This document shows, piece after piece, positions 20,237-29,169 of a DNA stretch of 64,000 bases. The DNA is from a bacterium (GTDB lineage: Bacteria > Hydrothermota > UBA3072 > JAPDKE01): positions 17,314 to 81,313 of the forward strand of contig JAPDKE010000012.1 in assembly GCA_029258725.1 (NCBI GenBank), given 5' to 3'. How positions within the stretch are numbered: position 1 is the stretch's first letter; every line of letters begins with the position of its first letter. A program made the position numbers and the translations under genes. The notes beneath the pieces are model-generated. The model worked only from the letters and a program-made list of their open reading frames with translations. It searched no databases and was not told the origin of the DNA.

Positions 20237-21309
20237 CTTATCTTTAAAGTGCTAAGTGCAACGAGAGAAAAGAGGATTCCAAGTATCCAGAAGCGAACGA
20301 CTATCTTTTCCTCAGAAAGACCGCGCAGCTGGAAGTGGTGGTGGATGGGTGCCCTTAAAAAGATTCTTTTTTTCTTGGTTCGGTAAAAAAGAACCTGCAG
20401 GATAACCGAAAGGGTCTCCATGACAAATACACCTCCTGCAATGAGGAGGAGGATTTCCTGCTTTATCAGAACAGCAACAACCCCCAGGGTCCCTCCAAGA
20501 ACCAGGGAACCCGTATCCCCCATGAATATCTCCGCAGGATGTGCGTTGAACCAGAGAAATCCCAGGGCAGACCCCACAACCGCCCCACAGAATACCGTGA
20601 GTTCTCCTGCCCCTTTTATGTAAAGAACATTGAGATAATCACTGAGTTTTATGTGTCCTGCTATATAGGTCAAAATCGCAAAGGTAAAGGCAAGAATTCC
20701 TATAAGCCCGATTGCAAGCCCATCCAGACCATCCGTTAAATTCACGGCATTTGTGGTTCCAACAATCACAAGGATTATAAACGGGATGTAAAAGATGCCG
20801 AAGTTAAGGAAGTAGTTTTTGAGAAATAAAAGATGGGTCATGGTCTCATATCCCCTCTTCACCGGAGAAAAGTAGAGAAATATCCCCACACCTGTTCCCA
20901 GGATGGACTGGATTAAAAACTTCTCTCTAACAGAAAGCCCTTTCCCCTTCTTTATTTTCCTCATATCATCCACAATCCCGAACATTCCAAGCCAGATCAA
21001 GGTGATGAGTATAAGAATTACAAGTTTATTCAGTGGATTTGCCCAGAGGAGGGTTGAGACAAAGAGAGAAAGGACAATTGCAGCCCCTCCCATGGTTGGT
21101 GTCCCTTCTTTTTCCCCATGCGTATCCTTTATGTACTTTGAAACCCTCTCCCTTATTCCTTTTTCACGGAATATCCTTATCATCCTTCTTGTGAGGATAA
21201 AGGATAGAACAAGGGCTGTAAGGGCAGCTCCTGCGGAGCGGAAGGTTATGTACCGCAGGACATTGAACGGGAAAAAGATTTCCCTCAGTGGATAGAGGTA
21301 GTAGAGCAT
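20233..21309 (-). CDS. mraY: phospho-N-acetylmuramoyl-pentapeptide transferase
   Basis: 10 TM, conserved MraY Asp-rich loops, N-terminus MLYYLYPL. Confidence 0.95.
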   Translation of the reverse strand: MLYYLYPLREIFFPFNVLRYITFRSAGAALTALVLSFILTRRMIRIFREKGIRERVSKYIKDTHGEKEGTPTMGGAAIVLSLFVSTLLWANPLNKLVILILITLIWLGMFGIVDDMRKIKKGKGLSVREKFLIQSILGTGVGIFLYFSPVKRGYETMTHLLFLKNYFLNFGIFYIPFIILVIVGTTNAVNLTDGLDGLAIGLIGILAFTFAILTYIAGHIKLSDYLNVLYIKGAGELTVFCGAVVGSALGFLWFNAHPAEIFMGDTGSLVLGGTLGVVAVLIKQEILLLIAGGVFVMETLSVILQVLFYRTKKKRIFLRAPIHHHFQLRGLSEEKIVVRFWILGILFSLVALSTLKIR

Positions 21310-22574
21310 ATCTCCTCCGCTATACGTTCAAACTCCATTTTTCTTGATGCCTTGAGGAGAACAACGTCTCCCTCTCTGAGAAACTCCCTGAGGAAGGATG
21401 CGCATTCTTCAATCTTATCAAAGTGATATTTCTCTCCCTCAAATTCCTCATATATCCTTCGTGCCCTTTTTCCACATGTCAGAAGAACGTCTGCCTTCCC
21501 CATGGTATATTTCCCTATCTCCCTGTGGAACACCTCTTCATCCCTTCCAAGTTCAAGCATATCTCCAAGAACTGCTATTCTTCTTCCTGAAAACCCTGAA
21601 AGGAAGTCCAGCGCCTCCTTCATGGAAAGGGGATTTGCATTGTACATATCCAGGATGAATGTCTTTCCTTTTTCTTTTTTTATTTCCATCCTCATTGGGG
21701 GAAGAGGTGCCTCAAGTATTCCCTTTTCTATCTCCTCCTCCGGTATTCCATACTCAAGCCCCACCACAACTGAAAGCAGGACATCCATTGCCATTGCCCT
21801 GGATGGGACAGGTAAAGGATATTCCCTCCCTTTTATTTTTATCCTTTCCCCCCTCCATTCCCCATTTATGTCTCCCTTCCCCTCAAGGCTTACCCCTATC
21901 TTTTTCCTCCATGCCACATCCCCCAGACTATCCTGATTGTAAACAAGCAGACACTCAGGGGCTGCATGGGAGAGAATTTTGAGTTTTTCACGCTTAACCC
22001 CTTCAATTGTCCCGAGACCCTCAAGGTGGGAGGGACCGACCGCGGTTATCACCGCAACATTGGGTTTTGATATCCAGGATAACCGCTCCATCTCTCCCGG
22101 TATGTTTATCGCAAGTTCAAGAACAGCATATCTTTCCTTCACCTTGAGTATGCTTAAAGGAACACCCACCAGGTTGTTGTAATTTCTCTCCGCCACATAG
22201 ACCGCAAATCTTCTCTTTAGAATACTTCCCGTGAGTGCCTTTGTCGTTGTCTTTCCGCATGAACCTGTTATTGCTATGACCTCAAAGCCCGAGGTTCTCC
22301 GGTAATATCCTGCAAGGTCACCCAGTGCCTTCAAGGTATCGGGCACGAGAATAACATTCTTAAACCCCTTACGTTCAACACATGCAGGTTTACCTGACCT
22401 GAGCTGCGCCTCCTCCACAAAATCGTGTCCATCAAACCTTTCTCCTTTCAGGGCAAAGAACATCTCCCCTGGTTTTATGGTTCTTGAATCAACAGAAAAT
22501 CCATTTACCTTTTCATCAAGATAGATATCAACACCCTTTCCACCTGTTGCCTGTAAAACGTCAAACACCCTCAT
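21285..22574 (-). CDS. murF: UDP-MurNAc-tripeptide--D-alanyl-D-alanine ligase
   Basis: ITGSCGKTTTK motif; start set at MRVFDVLQ (22574) after murE stop. Confidence 0.9.
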   Translation of the reverse strand: MRVFDVLQATGGKGVDIYLDEKVNGFSVDSRTIKPGEMFFALKGERFDGHDFVEEAQLRSGKPACVERKGFKNVILVPDTLKALGDLAGYYRRTSGFEVIAITGSCGKTTTKALTGSILKRRFAVYVAERNYNNLVGVPLSILKVKERYAVLELAINIPGEMERLSWISKPNVAVITAVGPSHLEGLGTIEGVKREKLKILSHAAPECLLVYNQDSLGDVAWRKKIGVSLEGKGDINGEWRGERIKIKGREYPLPVPSRAMAMDVLLSVVVGLEYGIPEEEIEKGILEAPLPPMRMEIKKEKGKTFILDMYNANPLSMKEALDFLSGFSGRRIAVLGDMLELGRDEEVFHREIGKYTMGKADVLLTCGKRARRIYEEFEGEKYHFDKIEECASFLREFLREGDVVLLKASRKMEFERIAEEICSTTSIH

Positions 22575-23994
22575 ACCCCATCTCCCTGAGTATTTCTCTT
22601 GCCACCTTCCTGTCGTCAAATGGAATTACCCTTTTTCCAATTATCTGATATGTCTCATGTCCCTTCCCGAGAATAAGCACAGCATCGCCTTCACCTGCGA
22701 GCCCAAGAGCCCTTTTTATAGCCTCTCTTCTGTCAAGCACCACTTCTGCATCGGGTGCACCCTGTTTTATCTCGGCTGCTATTTTTTCGGGGCTTTCGCC
22801 CCTGGGATTATCGGATGTTATTATCACCCTTTCACTGAGTCTGTACGCCACCCTTCCCATCTCCTCCCTTTTGCCCCTGTCCCTTTCACCACCAGCACCA
22901 AACACTGTGATTATCCTTCCCTTCACAAGTTCTCTCACCGAAAGAAGGAGGCTTTCCATAGCAGATGGGGTATGCGCATAATCGACGAAGACATAAAAGG
23001 GGAGAGACTTCCCCACCCTTTCCATTCTTCCAGGAACCCCTTTTAGTTTTTTTATCCCCTGAACAATCCTTTCCTCGGGAACACCATCAAGCAGTGCAGC
23101 CGAAACTGCTGCAAGAATGTTGAGTGCATTGTGCCTTCCCACAAGAGATGAACTCACCTTTATCTTCTTTCCAAGCCCCTCTATCTCCATTTCTATTCCC
23201 TCTAAGTCGCATTTCCCAACCCTTCCAACCACATTCCCTCCTGAGAGTCCATAGGTTATCTTTTTCCCACCTGAAACTTCAATGAAGTAAGGAGCCTCGG
23301 GGTCGTCTATGTTTATAACTGCATACGCCTCCTCTTTGAGCATGGAAAAGAGCCTCCCTTTGGATTCTCTGTAGTCCTCAAATGTCTTATGGTAATCCAG
23401 ATGGTCCCTTGAGAGATTTGTAAACACTGCGAAATCAAAGTCCAGGAATTCAACCCTGCGTTGTTTTAAAGCGTGCGAAGAAACCTCCATCACGCATGTA
23501 TTCAGTCCCCTGTCCAGTGCCTCTCTCAGAATTCTGTTGATGAAGATGGGGGAGGGGGTTGTATTGGTGGAGGGGATGGATTTCTCCCCCATGATATATT
23601 CAATGGTTCCTATAAGCAGGGCTGGATGGTAAATTGAGTGAAGAAGGTATGCAACGGTTGTTTTTCCATTGGTTCCGGTTATGCCAATGAGTTTTATAAA
23701 TTTAGAAGGATTCCCGTAATAGTTTGATGCAATCCTTGCCATGGCAATCCTTCCATCCGGGACAAGCACCCATGGCTTTATTTCAACCTCTCTTTCAACC
23801 ACAAAGAGCACTGCACCTTTCTTTTTTGCCTCCTCCATAAACTCGTGCCCATCGGTTATCTCCCCTTTTCTTGCGATAAAGAGATAACCGGGTTTCACCT
23901 CATCTGCCCGGTCGGTTATCCCGGCTATGGTTCCTGGAATTTCTCCTTCTTTTTTCAATATCTCAACACCCTTAAGAACCTCTTCGGTCCTCAT
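22561..23994 (-). CDS. murE: UDP-MurNAc-L-Ala-D-Glu--2,6-diaminopimelate (or L-Lys) ligase
   Basis: GITGTNGKTTVAYL, DNPR motif near C-terminus (SDNPRGE). Confidence 0.9.
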   Translation of the reverse strand: MRTEEVLKGVEILKKEGEIPGTIAGITDRADEVKPGYLFIARKGEITDGHEFMEEAKKKGAVLFVVEREVEIKPWVLVPDGRIAMARIASNYYGNPSKFIKLIGITGTNGKTTVAYLLHSIYHPALLIGTIEYIMGEKSIPSTNTTPSPIFINRILREALDRGLNTCVMEVSSHALKQRRVEFLDFDFAVFTNLSRDHLDYHKTFEDYRESKGRLFSMLKEEAYAVINIDDPEAPYFIEVSGGKKITYGLSGGNVVGRVGKCDLEGIEMEIEGLGKKIKVSSSLVGRHNALNILAAVSAALLDGVPEERIVQGIKKLKGVPGRMERVGKSLPFYVFVDYAHTPSAMESLLLSVRELVKGRIITVFGAGGERDRGKREEMGRVAYRLSERVIITSDNPRGESPEKIAAEIKQGAPDAEVVLDRREAIKRALGLAGEGDAVLILGKGHETYQIIGKRVIPFDDRKVAREILREMGYEGV

Positions 23995-25649
23995 CTCAGC
24001 CCCGCTATTTCCTTTGAGTATGGATAAAGATGTATGAGTCTTCTGGCTATCTCCCTGAAAAGCGGTGCAGCAACAACTCCTGCAAGATGTCCCTTTTGAG
24101 GCTCATCAATGAATATTCCTATCACAAACTTCGGGTTATCAAGAGGAACTATTCCAACAAAAGAGGAAACGAACTTCCACTCCATATAACCTCCCTTCCC
24201 TGCCTTCTGTGCGGTTCCTGTCTTTCCTCCAACCCTTACCCCTGGAATTTTAGCATTCTTCGCGGTTCCCTTTTCAACAACCTCCTCAAGGATTTCAAGC
24301 ATCAGTTCCGCAGTTTCCTTTTTCACAACGCGTCTCAGAGGTTCGGGTCTTGCCTGAAATACAACCTTTCCCCTCTTCTTTATTTCCTTCACAAGAATGG
24401 GCTTCATGAGTGTGCCACCATTTGCTATTGCCTGATATGCAAGGACTATCTGGAGCGGGGTTACCGATATTCCCTGACCGAAGGAAATACTGGCAAGGGT
24501 TATTCCTTTTATTTTTTCATATGAAGGAACAATTCCCTCTGCCTCTCCCGGGAGTGGTATCCCTGTGGGACATCCAAATCCAAACTTTTTCGCATACCTG
24601 TATATCTCTCTTCCTCCTATTTTCCTTCCTATGTTAATAAATCCCACATTGCTGGAGTGCACAACAGCCTCCCTCATGGTATAGGGTCCATGAGGAGAGA
24701 TATCCCTGAAGGTTATTCCTGAAATCTCAATGTGGTCGGTATCTGCCACAATCTCATCCACCTGGTATCCCTTCTCTATCCATGCACATGCCAGAACCAC
24801 CTTGAATATGGACCCGGGCTCAAAAGAGAATTCAACCGCCATGTTTTTTCTTTCCTCTGGATTTCCCTTCCCCTTGAGATTGGGATTGTAGGAAGGAACC
24901 GTTGCCATTGCATATATTTCTCCTGTTCTTGCATCAAGAACAATCCCGCATCCTTTCTTTGCACCCCAGCGCTCAACCCCTTTCCTCAAAACTTCTTCCA
25001 CCAGTGCCTGAATTTCAGAATCTATGGTGAGGTAAACATCGCATCCCTCCTCAGGCTCCTCCTGGGGATAGTCCGGGACAGGATAAAGGGTCCCTATGGG
25101 TCTTCTCTGAAGTATTCTCCATCCATCCCTCCCTTTAAGGACTTTATCCATGGAACATTCAATACCAGAAAGCCCACAGAGGTCGTTTCCGGTAAATCCT
25201 ATAAGGTTTCCGCAGAGTTCCTGCAATGGATAAAATCTTGACCACTCCCTCACGAAGTAAATTCCCGGAAGATTTATCCTTTCCTTTATCTCCTCCTCTA
25301 TTCCCTTTTCAACAAGAACTATGGGATATCCTGAGTTTAAAATTCTTCTCAGCCTTTCCTCGGACGATATTCCAGAGGAGCTGAGCACCCTTATCACATC
25401 TTCCTTATTCTTCATCTCCTTAGGTCTTGCATAGAGGGTGTAGAGTTTCACGTTGGTTGCAAGGATTATTCCATTCCTGTCCAGGATATCCCCTCTCCTT
25501 CCATGCAATTTTACCTTTCTTGTTGCCTCTTTTCTTGCCAGTTCACGGTAGTATGCGTGTTTTATTATCTGGAGGTAAATGAGTCTCACCCCCAGGCATC
25601 CCCATCCAAGGAAAAGAACTGCAAAAAGAACCTTTGCCCTCTCCTTCAT
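23991..25649 (-). CDS. ftsI: penicillin-binding protein transpeptidase (class B PBP)
   Basis: N-terminal TM, SxxK (EPGSIFK), SxN (HSSN) and KTG (GKTGTA) motifs. Confidence 0.9.
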   Translation of the reverse strand: MKERAKVLFAVLFLGWGCLGVRLIYLQIIKHAYYRELARKEATRKVKLHGRRGDILDRNGIILATNVKLYTLYARPKEMKNKEDVIRVLSSSGISSEERLRRILNSGYPIVLVEKGIEEEIKERINLPGIYFVREWSRFYPLQELCGNLIGFTGNDLCGLSGIECSMDKVLKGRDGWRILQRRPIGTLYPVPDYPQEEPEEGCDVYLTIDSEIQALVEEVLRKGVERWGAKKGCGIVLDARTGEIYAMATVPSYNPNLKGKGNPEERKNMAVEFSFEPGSIFKVVLACAWIEKGYQVDEIVADTDHIEISGITFRDISPHGPYTMREAVVHSSNVGFINIGRKIGGREIYRYAKKFGFGCPTGIPLPGEAEGIVPSYEKIKGITLASISFGQGISVTPLQIVLAYQAIANGGTLMKPILVKEIKKRGKVVFQARPEPLRRVVKKETAELMLEILEEVVEKGTAKNAKIPGVRVGGKTGTAQKAGKGGYMEWKFVSSFVGIVPLDNPKFVIGIFIDEPQKGHLAGVVAAPLFREIARRLIHLYPYSKEIAGLR

Positions 25650-25903
25650 TTAAGCCTCACAAAGTCATCTGGTTCCGGATATTCAAACCCCAGACTTTCA
25701 GCCCTCGCCTCAAGAGAAAGAGGAGATGTGTGCTTCCGGTACATTCCCTGAAGTTTTACCACCTCTGCATGGAGGTACTGTCTCTCAAGTTCCAGTTTCT
25801 CAATCTCCCTCAACATCTCCATTTCTTTTCCTATCATCCACACCCTCAAAAGGGGTGGAAGGACAAAGGCAAAGAGAAGAAGAAAAGTCTTCATGTACCT
25901 CAT
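25646..25903 (-). CDS. ftsL: cell division protein FtsL
   Basis: 85 aa, single TM + coiled coil, position between rsmH and ftsI with ATGA overlaps. Confidence 0.7.
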   Translation of the reverse strand: MRYMKTFLLLFAFVLPPLLRVWMIGKEMEMLREIEKLELERQYLHAEVVKLQGMYRKHTSPLSLEARAESLGFEYPEPDDFVRLK

Positions 25904-26748
25904 AGCTTCTCCAGCACCCTCAGGTGGGCGCTTCTCGCCCTGGGATTTCTTTTTATTTCCTCCTTCCCTGGCCTTACCGGTTTTTTTGTGAGAAGTTTCA
26001 CATCATTTCTTTCCTTAATCACCTCCAGTGCTCTTTTTTCCTCCCCCGAGTGATAGGTTATGAAAATGAGTCTTCCATCTTTTTTCAGAAGTTCTATTCC
26101 TCCCTCTATTCCAAGTTTCACATTCTCCTCTTCTTCATTTATCGCCATCCTTATAGCCTGGAATACCCTTGCAACGAATTTATGTCCCTTTCTTCTCGGG
26201 CTTCTCTTTCTCACAACAAGGGCAAGTTCAAGGGTTGTCTTCGGAAGTTTCTTTTTTATGTCTCTTGCAATTACCTTCGCATTTGGAAGGTCACCGTATT
26301 TCCTCAAAATCTTTGCAAGTTCTTCAACCGAAACATTTTCAAGAAATTCCCGCGCAGTAATTCCTTTTCTTCCGAATCTCATGTCAAGGGGACCCTCTTT
26401 TCTGAACGAAAATCCTTTTTTCTCATCCTCAAGCTGGAAGGATGAAAGTCCAAAGTCAAAAAGGATGAGGTCAAATTTTGTCTTGAATAGATTTTTCACC
26501 GTTTTCATATCCCCGTTTACGAGCATAAATCTTCCCTCAAATCCCCTCAGATTTCTGGCCGCAATTCTCAGTGATGAAAGGTCAATGTCAAGCCCAACCA
26601 CCTTTGCCTGTGTATTTTCAAGCAGAGTCAGCATGTGCCCCCCTGTTCCTGCAGTTGCGTCAAGAAAGAGTCCCTCCTTTTTTGAAAAATTCAGCACCTC
26701 CTCTGCCATTACCGGTACATGTCTCAGAGGTCCAGTTCCTCCATCCAT
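25900..26748 (-). CDS. rsmH: 16S rRNA (cytosine1402-N4)-methyltransferase
   Basis: HVPVMAEEVL N-terminus and LDATAGTGGH SAM-binding motif. Confidence 0.9.
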   Translation of the reverse strand: MDGGTGPLRHVPVMAEEVLNFSKKEGLFLDATAGTGGHMLTLLENTQAKVVGLDIDLSSLRIAARNLRGFEGRFMLVNGDMKTVKNLFKTKFDLILFDFGLSSFQLEDEKKGFSFRKEGPLDMRFGRKGITAREFLENVSVEELAKILRKYGDLPNAKVIARDIKKKLPKTTLELALVVRKRSPRRKGHKFVARVFQAIRMAINEEEENVKLGIEGGIELLKKDGRLIFITYHSGEEKRALEVIKERNDVKLLTKKPVRPGKEEIKRNPRARSAHLRVLEKL

Positions 26749-27161
26749 TCCTCTATCTTTTCCTCAATTACCTCTTCCTTTTCCGCGTAAACTTCGGGGT
26801 TCCATATCTCTATCTTGTCAATCAGACCTATTATGAGTGCCTCCTTTTTTATCCCTGCATATTCAAGCAGATGTGCGGGGATGTTTATTCTACCCTGAGA
26901 ATCAATCGGGCATCTCTCTGCATAGGATACGAATTTTCTCAAAAGCCACCTCACCCTCTCCCTGGTATAGGGAAGGGAACGGAGACGCTCTTCAAACTCC
27001 GCCCAGATGGAAAGGGGATAAACCAGGAGTGAGCCATCAAATCCCCTTGTAACGACGAACGTCCCCTCATCCTCAGGCCTGAGGAGCCTGCGGAACTCCG
27101 CAGGTATAAAAAGCCTTCCCTTGTGATCAACACTGTACGTGTGCCTTCCAGTATATCTCAT
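26724..27161 (-). CDS. mraZ: transcriptional regulator MraZ
   Basis: Tandem DxxGR repeats (VDHKGRLFIP, IDSQGRINIP); start set at ATG 27161 (MRYTG...), supplied ORF begins at upstream GTG. Confidence 0.85.
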   Translation of the reverse strand: MRYTGRHTYSVDHKGRLFIPAEFRRLLRPEDEGTFVVTRGFDGSLLVYPLSIWAEFEERLRSLPYTRERVRWLLRKFVSYAERCPIDSQGRINIPAHLLEYAGIKKEALIIGLIDKIEIWNPEVYAEKEEVIEEKIEEWMEELDL

Positions 27162-27170
27162 TTTGCTTTC

Positions 27171-27225
27171 CCCACTTTTCCCCACTATTCACCACCACTA
27201 TACCGGAATAAATTTTATTTGTCAA
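27171..27225 (-). promoter_or_regulatory. Pmra: TTGACA-N17-TATAGT promoter followed by three GTGG(T/G) direct repeats at 10-bp spacing (putative MraZ operator)
   Basis: Minus-strand reading: CCCCTTGACAaataaaatttattccggTATAGTggtggtgaataGTGGGgaaaaGTGGGgaaagcaaaATG. Confidence 0.7.
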
Positions 27226-27289
27226 GGGGTAAAATAAATTTTTTTTAGCGGGGGTCAGACATTAACAGTTAACAATTTTAATCCTAATC

Positions 27290-27408
27290 TGAGCGATTTT
27301 TGTGGTTGAGGGATTATTGTTCTCTGCTATAATTCAGATATGGGTAAATTTCCAGGGTTGAGCCTGCTGGTGAGAGATGGAAAACCCGAGTGCACCTCAA
27401 AGGGGTTA
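27290..27408 (+). repeat. solo left-end remnant of the IS-like element at 62126 (16-bp TIR TGAGCGATTTTTGTGG + about 60 nt identical + conserved CACCTCAAAGGGGTTA)
   Basis: Direct comparison with 62126-62309; no matching right TIR nearby. Confidence 0.7.
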
Positions 27409-27585
27409 CCTTCTTTATGCCTGGTTTCTTTTTATCTTCCGATTCCATTTTCGGTATATGAAAAGAGGTAGAGGGATAAAACTCTGGAAGAAGTTTTCCT
27501 TGCTGGATCATGATCAGAAGTAATCGTTGCATTCACAGGCGGATTAAGATTCTGAGAAAAACAAATACAAAAATTATTAACCTCC

Positions 27586-28470
27586 TCATTTCTCACCTCC
27601 TTCCTCAAAAAGAACAGAAAGATCAGAAGGAAGCTCGTCAAAGGAAACATCTTTTGTCTTAACTCCTCCACCCGGAATAGGTAAATGAGGATCAACTCCA
27701 ATTCTTATTTTTCCGCTTGGAGGAGGTTTAGGAGTAGAAGAAAGAATAAAATATCCTGTCCATCTTTTTCCATTAATTTCCCCTTCTGCCTTTACCAGTT
27801 TTGTTCTCCCTGTCTCAACATCAACGAAGAAAAGATGCCGGTAATACCTATCACCTATCTTCTTTAATGTCTCTGCACCTACTATCTTACCATCAGAGGA
27901 TATCTCTATGCCAGATAAATCATGGACATAACTTCCCCTCGATACCATACGCCCCAGAGTATCATAAACCTCAATATTGCAAACACCAGCACTGTCACGA
28001 TAATAAACAAAAAACACATTGCCATCAGACGAAAACCCCACCCTCCAGTAATAAGTGGTCAATAAATCATCCCCAGGATAAACCCTGAAAGATTTCCTCC
28101 ATACCTCCCTGCCATCAGCCCGATACAGCACAAGAGAATAATCCCACCTCTCGCCCTCCTCAGGCATATCCCTCTCAACCCCAGGTGGATAATGCACCCT
28201 TATGGAAAACAACCTGTCCAGCACCAGACCCTTACCCTCATGAACATCAGCAATACACCTGCCATGGGTATGCCAGACATCCCCCTCCTTCTCAGTCCTG
28301 TGCTCCTCCCACTCCAGAACCTTAACAACCCTCCCATCAGGAGAGACAAATCTCACCTCACCCTCATATAACCCTTTCCCCTTCGTAACCTCTATCCTGT
28401 ACCCCTCAGGCTTTTCAACAGCCCCAGATAAAAGAAAAGCGAAAAAGAACAAAGTTATTACCTTCCTCAT
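27586..28470 (-). CDS. hypothetical secreted protein (beta-rich)
   Basis: Signal peptide MRKVITLFFFAFLLSGA; start at 28470 supported by AAGGAGG 5 nt upstream; in operon with ferredoxin gene. Confidence 0.6.
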   Translation of the reverse strand: MRKVITLFFFAFLLSGAVEKPEGYRIEVTKGKGLYEGEVRFVSPDGRVVKVLEWEEHRTEKEGDVWHTHGRCIADVHEGKGLVLDRLFSIRVHYPPGVERDMPEEGERWDYSLVLYRADGREVWRKSFRVYPGDDLLTTYYWRVGFSSDGNVFFVYYRDSAGVCNIEVYDTLGRMVSRGSYVHDLSGIEISSDGKIVGAETLKKIGDRYYRHLFFVDVETGRTKLVKAEGEINGKRWTGYFILSSTPKPPPSGKIRIGVDPHLPIPGGGVKTKDVSFDELPSDLSVLFEEGGEK

Positions 28471-28544
28471 TCCTGCCTCCTTCCCCCATTTTACCCATTC
28501 CTCCCTTTCATGGCAAGCCTCAGATTTTCCTCCATATTTTATTT

Positions 28545-28931
28545 TCAATCAGGATTATGGATGGGAGGGAAAGGATTTTGGAAGGACGATCTTTTCAAAA
28601 TCCCTTCTTCCTCGAGTTGCTTTTTCACAAGACTCAGTACTTTTCTCTTTTTTATCAGATCCCTTACATATTCAGGATCGGGAAAACTTATGGCTTCAAA
28701 TATACACCATACCTGACAGGAAGTACATCCGACCATACACTGGAGAGGTCTTGCCACAACAGCCTTCCTTCTCTCCCAGTCATAATCAAAAACCTTCCTT
28801 CCACAACTGGTGACACACATACCACATCCAGTACACCTGCTTTCATCAACCGTGGGATGCCAGGTTATCTCCTCCCTCGGTATACCCTTCCAGTAGGCAA
28901 ACTTTGGGTCCAGTTTTGTCTTCTCACCCAT
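28545..28931 (-). CDS. 4Fe-4S dicluster ferredoxin-domain protein
   Basis: Two Cys clusters CTGCGMCVTSC and CMVGCTSCQVWC. Confidence 0.7.
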   Translation of the reverse strand: MGEKTKLDPKFAYWKGIPREEITWHPTVDESRCTGCGMCVTSCGRKVFDYDWERRKAVVARPLQCMVGCTSCQVWCIFEAISFPDPEYVRDLIKKRKVLSLVKKQLEEEGILKRSSFQNPFPPIHNPD

Positions 28932-29029
28932 TTTCCACCTCCCTTTTATATATTTAAATATATGAATTTATAAATCAATGTCAAGGGGTTTCCGCTTTTG
29001 TGGGTAATTATTGGGGTGTTCACCGCCTC

Positions 29030-29058
29030 TTGACTTTCTGTGACTGCTTTTATATAAT
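29030..29058 (+). promoter_or_regulatory. sigma70-like promoter TTGACT-N17-TATAAT for sugar ABC transporter operon
   Basis: Hexamers read directly, about 110 nt upstream of ATG 29170. Confidence 0.55.
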
Positions 29059-29169
29059 CCAGTTATCTTCTGGGTTAATGAAAGAAGGGTAAAGAAGGGA
29101 GAGACATGGAAGGGCTTAAAAGGGATATCTTCCCTGAAACAGACGATAACCGGAAGGATTTAATAAGAG

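Noticed and set aside
26060-26836. 258-aa + strand ORF
   Set aside because: Antisense to rsmH/mraZ, Ser/Phe-rich low-complexity; shadow ORF.
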